Shown here: piece after piece, positions 50,938-62,693 of the stretch
How the letters are laid out: each line of letters begins with the position of its first letter
Position numbering within the stretch: position 1 is the first letter of the stretch
Source: Marsupella aquatica
Taxonomy: Eukaryota; Plantae; Marchantiophyta
Length of the DNA: 64,000 nucleotides
Assembly: GCA_973895155.1 (NCBI GenBank)
Contig: OZ316898.1
Span: 8,791,079 to 8,855,078 of the forward strand
Reading direction: 5' to 3'
The notes under the pieces: generated by a model
The model's input: only the letters and a program-made list of their open reading frames with translations
Database searches by the model: none
Told to the model about the DNA's origin: nothing
Position numbers and translations under genes: made by a program

Positions 50938-52058
50938 AGTAGTTGTTGTTGCTTAAAAGTTCTCATTAAATGCCAGGAGCCCTTATGAGCTCACATAGGC
51001 TTGGAATAGAGAACTTTAAACTCCAAAGGGAAAGTTTCTCTTAAAAGTTGTACTCTGTTGGTACAATTGTACCTCTCTAGAGTACCTCTATCCCCTTTGT
51101 ACCTTGTACCTGGGCTCCCAAGAGTAATGAGTTCATATGTCTGTACCTGAAAGTATAATAGTATCTGTCTTGTGCATCTTTGTGTACCTGGTTTGTGCAC
51201 ACCCTGCCCTGTACCAGGTTTTTTCACGTCCCTTCCCCCTGATTGGTTCCATATTTAAAGGTTTCAATTATTATCACCCAAAAGGACACTCTAAATTTGA
51301 ATGACAACCACTCCATTTTTTGGCACAACTCTGTATTATAGTTTAGAAAGTTTAGAATACTTGTCACTTGTGGAGTCTAACAAAAAGGGAGGGTGACCAA
51401 AACATTGAAGCCAAGGGTGATGCAATAAGTCTAGAAACTCTTATGTAGGCTTTCTGTATTTCATTTTTCTGAGTTTCTCAAGAAATAGGTATCTGTCCTA
51501 CCATGAAATCTTGGTACAGGCTAGTGTAATTGTTCTTCCTTGAATGATTTTAGACTCGTGGGAATCAATATCCACATACCATGCAACAAGGTCAAAGTTG
51601 ATGTATGTAATGAAGTAATTCTATCCATGTACCTACAAAGTAAAGACAAGAATATAAGAACAAGAAGAAAATGGGCCCACACAATCTACACCTCCAATAA
51701 AGACTCTGGTAAAGACGACAAGAGTGTTACCCTCAAGAAAATCACTATGTCAAAAAATATATACTATCATGGAAACCCCTAAATTCTCGCTCATTCACCC
51801 AAATGCAATTCATTCCATGTTAGTTTATTTCTAAGAACTTTCATGTGAATCTGTTTACTCTACCAATTATCTTCGAGTAATACTTACACCTCCGACTTGA
51901 TGTGGTTGCGTTGACTTCAAGTAGCAATTTTTTACCAATCATCTGGTGTAACACCTTAACACCCCCAAGTCTTTCAAATAGAGGATTAGGATTCCGGTTA
52001 AAAGCAGCTGTAAAACCTAGCTTTGAAGGATTTCCTTTCTGTAACTCTGTTTATACCC

Positions 52059-52410
52059 TGTTAGGAATTTGACTTAACTTAGCCAGGTTGGTTAACCATA
52101 GTTAATTATACTTTTGATGAAGGGATAACTCTCCATGAAGGGATACCTCTTGTTTGTGTCCAATGAAACGTGCTGTGCATTGTGAATATGGAGCTTTTGT
52201 GTGAAAAGGGTTAGGCTCAAAAGCTATGGTGGCTTGTTTGTACTTTTCATGATTGTTCACAGTTGAGCTATTGGTGCAGCTGTGGTCGACGTAATTTGTA
52301 TGGGGTGAACCACATATCTCTGAGTCAGGGCACATATGATCTATGTGTTGAATGATTTTGTGTGAAGATACTCACTGTCCATTTTAATCTAAGACACCCG
52401 AGTCCTTACC
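52059..52410 (+). mobile_element. Degenerate solo-LTR-like relic related to the copia LTRs above
   Basis: Starts TGTTAGGAATTTGACT (cf. TGTTAGGATTTACT). Contains GACGTA...GGTGAACCACATATCTCT (cf. GACGTAG...GGTGAACCACGTATCTCT). The 3' end and TSD are not clear. Confidence 0.5.
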
Positions 52411-54024
52411 AAGTCTTTCACAACGAAGTTTAGGGATCTTGTTTAAGGTACAGCAATAACACTGTCACTCATGGGCAGTTCCTGTGAGCCATAAGAGTAT
52501 TTCCACTAGTGGGTGACTAATGCTCCCCAAACAATAGATATAGCAGTGAGTTAAAGGATTTGAGATGACAATGTGGCTATCAACAGTCCAAACCCCACCT
52601 AAAAGCTATTCTTCAAATTGCGGGTTTGTACATTCAATTTTTTTATTTGAATGGATTTGTATGTGTCGTGTGTTATTGATGAGAATGGAGACGTGCATAG
52701 TAGGCTGGTTTGCTAAATCTGGTAGTCATAGTTTGGATTTTAAAGTTGATCTCTAAACATTTAGAAATATGGATGTGGATATGGGTTACTTGGTGGGGGG
52801 GGGGGGGAGCGGAAGGAATTGCCAGAATTTCCCTCCATCTGGTTCATTTGGCAGTTTAGTGGGTGAAAAGATGCACGGTGGAGATGCTATGGCTCCTACC
52901 ACACAACACCCTAACTTGCATCTGGGGCTTGCACTGCCCTGAGTCCCACCATGGTTGGCTGTTTTGGTGCAATCCTGGTATGAGATGTTCTGCCCAACAC
53001 CACCATTTAAGGAGCCTGGAGTTAGATTCTCTAGCTTGTTAAACCTACATTAAGTGAATGTTCCCTGGTTTTCTTAGGCCAGGACATGTCCGTCTCAGTC
53101 CCCAAGACATGCTACCCGCTCTGGCCCAATTGACTTCAGTGTGTTCTGGGATTTTGCAGTGCCCAACAGTTGGCTGAAGTTTAATGTGAATGGTGAACTT
53201 AGGGGTGTTTACAAAATTGATAAACTCAAACTCCCAAAACAATAATCACAACTTTTGCCAAGGAACCATGATATTTGTCAAAACATAAACCAGGACTTTT
53301 TGCACTTTACCTTTCATTGCCCCTGGTCAATCCAATTTGAAATTAGGCAGGGCTTAACCACTGATATTATTCTTCATTATTGGCCTGGGTTGCTGTGTCA
53401 CCTGGTACTTAATTAACTTGGTCAATAATACACAAGCCTTGCCCTCCCCTCTGCCTTGTACTCTTTTGAGCGTCTGGCTTCTTCAACATCAAAGCTATGG
53501 CTGACAGAGTCTTCAGTTGGTTGGTGTTCTGCCAAACGCGTCTTCCCTAGAGTCCTGGTTGCTGTTCCGGTAACCCTTGGTCCTGGCAGGGTCATGGCTG
53601 TTTTCCTAACAAAGTCCACAGAAATGTTAAAGCAAAGTTGGGTACTTTGCTTAACACAGTCATGGTTGGTGGAGTCTTGGGTACTGTTTTGGCAAACTTA
53701 TGATTCACCACCAAGAATCATCCATATTGCTTCGAAGTTAGAGTTTATCAGTTTGTAAACAATCTCAAGTCACACTTCACATTCCGGGTGGTACCATGGA
53801 TTAAGATTCCTTCCATGGATCGGGCATACCCAAAAGTTGAGGGTCCCAAAATCCAAACCAAAGTAGATCCTGCTAGAATAGGCACCATGCATTGGGGACT
53901 GGGACATTAAGGATACAGGGATTGAGACAGGCAAGGTATAAGGGGCTGAGAAAACCCAGGGAAAACTGGGGAGCATTAACTTGACATGGTTTTAGTTTCC
54001 TTTAGGTGGGAGACTGAGTGAACT

Positions 54025-54237
54025 TTGTACTCGAAGCTTGGCCTGGAACTTTGGGTGGCACTGTTGGGGAGTGGGGGAGAGGGAGAGGGCCCTACTGAGT
54101 ACAAGTTTGTACTCAATTGTACTCAAAGCTTGGCCTGGAACTTTGGGTGGCACTGTTGGGGAGTGGGGGAAAGGGAGAGGGCCCAACTGAGTACAAGTTT
54201 GTACTCAATTGTACTCAAAGCTTGGCCTGGAACTTTG
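54025..54237. repeat. 92-bp tandem repeat (x2.3) with G-tract motif and palindrome
   Basis: Units start at 54025, 54117 and 54209. Confidence 0.9.
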
Positions 54238-57200
54238 AATGTTAGGGATGTTACATCATACCTGACATCCCAACATTGTACGGTGAAAGCGTAGACCATG
54301 GCTCCTCCACACAATATTATGTCTGGAAACGTTGGAGGCCAGAGTCACCCTGAAGGTCCCCCATCCCTAGTAAAGCTACTACCACCACAACTTTTGGTCT
54401 AGCCATGTGGATTACATTATGTAGTGCTCACTCATCCTATCGATAATGGCACAATGTGATATCGAAGATCAAGTGATTCACGCAAGAGATTCTCGAGATA
54501 ACAGTTTAAAATTCTCTGAAAAAGTGGGAGAGACTATGCATCCTGCACCTGAGAGAATATTAGGTGACCAATTCTCTAGCTACGCTTTAACAAGATTCGA
54601 GAGTTGTCAAGACGTCGTAACCATGAGCTCATGCCCTCTTCTTCAGACCTTCAGGGTGCCTCTGACGTCCCTCATCTCTTCCATCTACGCTAGTTCTGAG
54701 AAGGTTCTCATTATGGATAAGATTTCCAGTAATTTGGTCAGGATGCTAAGAGGCTTCCTCGGAGCTAGATGATACGCTGCCATTTGCCCGTATCGGATGA
54801 GAGCATATTTTCACGGACTACCGAACTGGACTGGTAGTGAGTCACTTGAAATTAAGTGGTCATAGAAAATGGCGAAATTGTCAAAATCACCTGCAGTTGG
54901 TTTCGAAGCTTTCTGGGTTCCTGTTGCATGAGTTTCTGCCTTAAAAAATCTGTTTGCAAACCCATCAGTCTTGTTATTTACATTACTAGCCCCTACCCTG
55001 AAACCGAGGTGGACCTGTAGAGTCTCCTCATGAACCTCCCACAAACTGGCATGGGTATCATGATAATACACCATAATTATCATTCTGCAAAGATCTACTC
55101 GAGATTGAATTTGCCAGCTTGTAGATGCACGAGTCTTATTTCTGAAATTCCTACTTAAGTGTGGCCGATCTGTCTAGAAACTAGACTAAAACTCGCCCTG
55201 AAAGCTGTTTCTTTCAATGCAATTGAATGAAATGTTGCGAAGCAAACAAATAAAATTACCCTCAGAGAATTCTGTTTGTAGTGCATTCACAGGTAGAGAG
55301 ATGATTGGAAACTTTTTAATAAATTGGAATACTGCTTGGAGATCGCGGAAGTTAAATGGAAGGCCTGGGAAATGAAATTCTCATGAACACAATGTAATAC
55401 TGCAGATATGGAATGGTTTCGCGGAAACAAATGTAATTCTTAGAAATCGTTCTAGTAAAAAGTGTATGACCAGGATTTGCGGTAAACTTCAACACTACTG
55501 TAGAAGTGTAGATGTTTCGATCATGGGCAATCATTAAAAATAACAAAAGTTAGGATCGAGTTCATATGTTCATACGTAGTGACCGAGGTATTGTGAAGTA
55601 GTGCATGTGTTACGGTGATTAGTCCTTTATATCTTCGGCTTCTTATTATCTGGGTCTTCTTATCCACTCCCCGATCTACTCGCGGAGGACTGTTGAATCT
55701 GGTGTTGAATGGCACGGCGGAAGTCGCGGCCCCGGTCGCGGCATTGAAGCCTCCAATAGCGCGATTATAGAAACGCAAGGTGCACAGAAGGATCAGAAAC
55801 GAATAGTGGATTGGATTGGCGCACAGACAGCAACCTGTAACTGTTTCAACCTGATGTGCGCTGAACTTAAGGAAGGGGAACACAATAATTGCTCACCGAA
55901 TCACCAATAATGGCTTTCTCGCCCGGAGCAGAATTATCAGCAGAGCCGCGGCGGTGAACCGTTACATTCAACGGTTTGCTCACAGTCGCGGTTCAGAGGC
56001 TTTGAAAAAGCAATTTACTGTACGCGCGTGCTTAACGACAAAATTATGGAGCCTGAGCGTAAACTTACGACACAATCATGTTCATGGTTGATGTCGCTCG
56101 ATCAGGTTATGGCGCGAAGGCATATGCACCTGTTAAAGGCGAAAGATTTACGGCATTCAGATTGTCTACCTCTGAGTGCTTTTGTTGTCTTTCCATGAAC
56201 AAATTGACCAGACATATAAGTACGAGCGGAAACAAAAGTGGTTGCCAGAGCATATCCTGGTAGTCGACACAGGAGCACAACAACGTCAGAGAGTCCAGAC
56301 GTCCACACTCCAGTTCAATCTCAGAGAGGTAAGGTACTTGACGACGGATAATCGTACACCCCAAGTACTCATAGGGTCCAATAAGGTACAAAAAATGATA
56401 CGGTATGTGCAGACACGTACTTGAAATCTTCCGAGTGCCATACTTTTGTCTCAGTACGGGAGTCAGGAGTTCATACTTCATAGCCACGGAGAAAATGGCA
56501 TGTACAATCTGCTGTACCCTTACAGTACTTGTGGTGGAACGACTTTGCGGGTGCTTCGCTCAAAGACATGGTAATCATTTTCCATTGTTTCGCATTGGAC
56601 ATTGTCGCAGCATCTGGCGGGTGTTTCTCTGGGCAAGAATTTGCCGGCAGACCAGTGAACTGCTCAGGCTCTGAGCCATTCTGGAGCAACATGTGAAATG
56701 CACTCATGAAAACCTCGTGAGTTCCCTGCTTTTCCGTGGTACAGTAATACACCGTCCTATATTCAGAGAAGTTCACCAGATACCAGTGGTATTCACGAAA
56801 AATGCCGTTGACTGGTCAGACGGTATTTCTGATGACCGGGGGCATTAATTTACAATTCACTATAACAGTCTCTCTGGCAAATTCTCTGGCTGCATGCAAT
56901 TCAACTTCACCAAATGATTAACTCTACAACAGCGTATTTCAGTACCTCGGTATTATCAAATGTGCATTAGTATATGGTGCTTTGATACACTGAAATCAAG
57001 ATCACATTCAGCCAGAAAGAATAAGTTGTAGGCACTGCCTTCTGCTAGCTTTGGAGCTGCCAATTGAATCCCCTGTTAGTCACATCGTTCAGTTTTAGGT
57101 CTCCCATGGAAGCCGACAGTGCTGAGCAGTCGCCCTCGATCTTTAAATTCTTCGCGTTGCTCATTACAAGTCAAATTTCAGTCCCTAATTCCAGTCTAGA

Positions 57201-58199
57201 AAAGTAAGAGCAAATTGATGGTAGAAAGCCCCATCGTATCTGCACAGACAAGGCATAGCTGAGACCGAGTAGTCAGGGACCTTCGTGCCTCTAAATCAAA
57301 CGTCGTCTTTTGTTGCTAATCAGCAGAATGATTTTTGGATACCATGCGCACATTATTATTTTTGGAATGACTTGATAAGCCGAAACAATAATGTTAACTA
57401 ATGTTCGCCGACATTTCTAATGGCACTAAAACATATTCTCGACTTCCTAAAATCGAGAATGACATCAGTCGATGAGTTGTAGGCCTACACCTGTCGACAA
57501 AAACACCAAGATATTATTAATGATAAAAAAATATTGTGATGCTCTAAAGTCAGGTCCAGGGCAGGTTGATGCTTTTTATCATAACAATGCCTATTTCGAA
57601 GAATCTTCGTCACCAGAATTCCCCTGGAATGTGTGAGAGGGATCAAATAAGAAATTCGTTCCATCAGTTGCACAAGGCTCAATTTACTAGGTCGGTATAC
57701 GATAGAAGCCAAACATATCAAACATGCTAAAGACATTATCATTCCCAGGTTAATAAGGAAGAATTAAATGTCCATCATGGTGACGACTTTTGAAGAGACA
57801 CAAATTGATATACCCCAAGTGAGGCAGTACTTGGAACAATTAAACAAAACATTATTGCTCTGCAGCATCATTCGATTCGAGAGAAGGATAGCTTACTAGA
57901 ACCAGCCGAATGGATATATGTTCCAGACAAGTCCTACTAAAGAATGATTGTTCAGGAAAGAATTATCTGCCCCTGACTCTTCTCGACCATGCTAAGTTTT
58001 AGTTTGTTCGTCAGGACTGGTCGCAAAGTAATACTGTAGTTAGTCGAAGATGTCCCCAAGCAGTCGAGGACGAAGATTCTGACATATTTCTCGACCTATA
58101 ATCCGGGCTGCCCACGATAGATGCTCTTTTGTACAGCATGAAAAGTTATAGGCAACAAAGATTCCGACGTGTTAAGGAAAGTATGCAGTCTCTTGTTTT

Positions 58200-58319
58200 T
58201 TTTGCCTCGAAAAAACCAATTGAATTTCATTCAAAAAGCCAACACACAATGGGGGTGGCCCACAAAGGGGGTCGGCACCCAGGTGGACCCGGAGGTCATT
58301 AAGCCACACAAGCCGGGGG
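58200..58319 (-). mobile_element. Short retroposed insert (5'-truncated LINE tail or SINE) with 16-bp TSD
   Basis: TGCAGTCTCTTGTTTT at 58184-58199 and 58320-58335. Minus strand ends ...AATGAAATTCAATTGGTTTTTTCGAGGC plus a short A run. Confidence 0.8.
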
Positions 58320-59748
58320 TGCAGTCTCTTGTTTTGAGATACAATCTTTGCTAGTTCATCATAAATACTTTACTTTCTTTGCCTTCTCCAAACGGAGTCC
58401 TTACTGCTGCATCTAATTCTGTATGACAAGACTGCTGAGGCCCAAGATGTCGACCTCGATCTCCGGGAAGGTTGCCCAATGCCTATTTAGTCTGCAAGAT
58501 CTGATTAGCAAGTATTCCTCCTCTTTGATCTTGAACGGGAATGGTGACTTATCAATTCGTTTCCGAAATTTTGGATGGTTCCAAACATCTTTCATGGAAA
58601 GTGTAACTCGCAGTCTGCTACTAGAACCAAAACTCTAACAGGAAAATGGCCTTGACAAGTGCTTGGCGTGACGTTGCAATTAAGCCATGATAACGAACGA
58701 ACCGCAAACGCTGATAGCTATTTATCTTGTAATTCACAATGAAGCGGAACAAGGAAAATGACAGAGTGCGACACATGAGTCCTTCCACGTTAGCAACAGA
58801 CAGAGTGATCGAAACTGATTCGAAGTGTCCACGTTGCACCACATATAAAAACCAAAAGAAATAACACCCAGAAGCAAACCGTCAATGTTGCCAGCATGAA
58901 AATAATTAGGTCAATGGAATGAGAAACCGGGACATACACAACGAGGGGACGCCTCGTGTTACAACGTCCAAATCTTCAAATTTCGAAGTCAGGCGGCACC
59001 ATGGCGGCTTGAGCAATGCACCTCTCAGAAACATACGGCACTACAGTACATTACGTACAAACGTTACCCTCCACGTGCTTTTGATTGTGGCTGGGCACTC
59101 AACGAACATCATGCGCATTTTTGTTGACCAAGTTCTGAGCGCAGGCGCAGCGTACCTACTTCCTTACTTTGCGACTCTTTCGATTATCTATAACAGACTG
59201 AACATAAGATTGGGACTGTGCATGCGACATTCACCCACTCCAAGGCAGGAGACTGATGATGGAGATTCGAGGCGATTGGAAGTCCAGGCTGGATGACTTT
59301 TTTTTCCTTCTTCTCTCGAACGGTACTTCAATCCTGTCTGGATGGACTCCAAGGGCGAAATCTAGGGCCTGTCAGCCTCTGCAATCTACCGCTATGTCGT
59401 GGTGGTTTCAACTTTCTCGGTATGATCTTGCCTCGACTGGCTCAGCAGCTCCTCTGCTGCTCTGCGCTTCGTACAATAATCTAAGTGTAAAGGGCTTCAA
59501 GAACTTTTACTGGCAACGAGCAACTCACGGCCTATAACTGTGGCATGCACTTCTTCTCGATTTCGGAGAAATGCTTTCGAATTCCGATTCATCTATCAGT
59601 CCGCTCATGGCAACAAGGGGTCAACCAATACGTCTACTTTGCCACCATTTTTGGAGTCCATTTTAGTCCCTTGCCACTCATTTTAGCTTTTTCTTTTGGT
59701 TCCAAATAACCAAATGAATTCAACATACAAAATAGTCAACATACAAAA

Positions 59749-59838
59749 AGGGGGCCCAATAAAGGATATCATCCTAGGGGAGTCCACATGTAAGGGGGCC
59801 CAATGAAGGATACCATCCTAGGGGAGTCCACATGTAAG
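59749..59838. repeat. ~44-bp tandem duplication
   Basis: AGGGGGCCCAAT.AAGGATA.CATCCTAGGGG(G)AGTCCACATGTAAG occurs twice. Confidence 0.85.
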
Positions 59839-61495
59839 ACCGGAGAGGTGCTAGGACCTGAAAGGCCGGAACGAGGGAAGAAACTGGACCCCCAAAGGGA
59901 GTGACTAAACAAAGAATTTAGAGACTACAGTCAGAGAAGCAAACTCCTAAAGACCGGCCATTGATGTGGTTCCGGCAGGGTTCCTATCAGTGAGTCCATG
60001 AAAGAGCAATTACTCTATCAGTAGTCAGTATACAGTGCAGCTTCCAACCAGGGAGGAAGAATCTTGGCGGTCGTGGAGGTACTGGGACTTGCAGGGTTTC
60101 TTCATGAATCTCCCAAAGACCAGCCCATGTACCATAGTTGAAGGACATCTCGTTGTGAGTCTCACAATGAGTGGTCCATCCATTTTGGTAGTACATTAGT
60201 CCCTTGCCACTCTTTTTAGCTTACTTGATAGAATGCCACATCTCGCCAACACTGATAAAGTGACCCATGTATGGTTAACTGTATGGTTAACTAGATTCTG
60301 TATGACATCTGCATATGCTGGGACTTTCACTCTACAAACCAGGACCTTAATCCACAGCACACATTTCTTGTTTTTTTTTGTTTCAATTTGAGAAAGGAGT
60401 GTGTGAGAGGTTTCTAATCAGATTTGTGACACATGTGTGTGAGCTTTCTATTTCTCTGGATTGAAAGAGAACTGTTACATCTGGCCAGTGACCCTTTTGG
60501 CTGGATAATTACAGTACCATCACCTAAACCACTAAGTTTGCCTAGAAATTAGAAAAATTAAGTTGTGTTGCCAACTTTGAATCCACCTAGACACGTTTGC
60601 AGTCATGTGGATCGTAGATCTTGAAAATTCAGAGCAGCTGCAACGTGGGTGAAAGGAACAGAGCACCCTGCACACTCATTCATTCCTCCTCTCAGCTGGG
60701 CAATTGGTGCTCGTCCCAATCAAACCTCCTCTCAGCTATGCAAGTGGGCAAGACATGCTGCGATGGAGACAAGGAACATCTAGATTGTCTACATCTCGAA
60801 TGTCTATTTCCCTATTGCTAGTTGTGTTTCTTGCATTTGTTTTTCCTCACACTCTCAGCAGATTCCCTTATGAATGCAAGGGAATCCCCGAAGCTGGAAA
60901 TTGTTCGTTGGATCTGCCTGGCCAGTTGCTAGTTGGATTTGTCGCTGTCCCATTAGCTTCAATTTCAAAAAGACCTTGATCTTACTTGATGTACCATAGC
61001 TTTTGCTTGTCACAATTTCTTTATTGCACTTTGGAAAATTCCTATGGAAAATTCCTAAGAACTGTTTCTGTCACTAGTGCCAACAGAAAGCAAATTGGTA
61101 AATAGGAGAAAATTAATTAATTTCAGTTGCCAACAGTTTAAACCTCTTCTTTGTAAAGGGCACTCAGGGTGACCCGCAGTTTGCATTCGAAAGGCATGAT
61201 GGTTGTGCTTACGGATGGGTGCCCATTGTCGGCCCTCCAAATGAACCTTGGAGAAATCTGGTTGGTTGAGGAAAGCATAAAATCTACAACTCAAAATGAA
61301 GCCTTTCATAATGAAAAGTGCTCTTTGTGAACCATTTTTGAGACCTCGGAAAGTGCACATGGATGGTTCTCTTGTGAGACCAAATGCAGAAAATGGGGCA
61401 GAAAACAAATTAAGCCAGGTGCAGTGAATTTTTTTGCACGTCAGAACCCAAATGACAAACATTAGTTAATATTTCAGCATTTTACAGTGGCCTTA

Positions 61496-62693
61496 GGGTG
61501 GCTTTACAAGTCCTTGGGAGCAGTTTGTGATTTTTTTTACCAAAGCTATTCTGTCATCCATTTAACATCCTAAATATAGTGTACGGATGGGAAAGGAAGT
61601 TTGTAATCACTGTATGGCCCCCAACTTCTTGTGAAACCAAATTGAGCAAATGGTGCTAAATTAATTTGTACAAGACAAGTTGGAGACCAATGCCACCTAA
61701 AAGTCTAGAGAAGATCTGATGAGGGGCATGTGGTTACACTTTCAACTTAAATGACTCAAAATAAGAATGGACCAAGCTGACACATGAAGAGACCTCCAAA
61801 AGAGATGGTATAAAATCTGGGACAAAAGTTTGCTCCACTTAAGAACAATTTGGGCCCCACTCCATTCCATCTAGGACAGGCAACAGTTTAGAAGTAAACT
61901 GCCCCCAACTTTTTGCAAAGTGAGCAGTAGGTGTTTCTCCCCAATGGATGACCCTGATCACATTAGGGAGACCAGAAAAAAATTGAAAGTACCCCCAATG
62001 TCTTGTAAAGCCACCTTTTCAGAGCTTGACAAGTTTAGGGGAAAAGTCTCCAGTTTTTTCTCTGTGCTGTTGTACAGAGTATTGACTAACTAAGATTTCT
62101 TTGAACAACCTTTCAAAAATGACTTCTAAGTATTATAACTTGTTTACTCTAGTTTCTTGTTCCAAGTGAACATTAGTAGTCATTGTATCAGGCATTATTT
62201 ATCACAAATGTTACAACGCATATCTAGCCGCCCTGCTATTAAACTCCTGTTCCCCTGTGGTCCACTTGTCCAAAGATTGAACTTAGGGGGACTTTACAAG
62301 CAGGTGGGGACCATTCAGTCTCTCTTCATCTAGAGCAAAGGTGATGGTCATTTCTTTCCACAAAAGTTAAAATGCCAGAGAGACAAAAATGTGTCAGGTT
62401 TGGAAGTAATCAATGCAATTCCCTGAAAATAAGCAACCGTTCTCTCCATGTTTTTAGACCACCTCAAGAGGAGGTCCAAGTTTTTGACAAAAAAGCTTGC
62501 ACACATAAGGAAAAAAAGGGACCCACAAGGGGCCTATTGACAGATGACCAGATTAGGTAATGCTTTTGCCTGATTGTGCCCCCAAGTTCATTTAAAGTGA
62601 AGTGTGGCCAGTTCCCACACATGAATGGCTAGGATTGCATCTCTCACTTTGAAAAAATAAAATTGTTGCCCCCAAGTTCTTGTAAAGCCACCC
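61496..62693. mobile_element. PIF/Harbinger (Tourist-like) non-autonomous element, 1198 bp
   Basis: TIR GGGTGGCTTTACAAGTCCTTGGGAGCA versus GGGTGGCTTTACAAGAACTTGGGGGCA (24/27). TTA duplication at 61493-95 and 62694-96. Confidence 0.85.

Noticed and set aside
58413-58630. Protein-like minus-strand ORF (MKDVWNHPKF...)
   Set aside because: No recognisable domain, partner exon or second copy.
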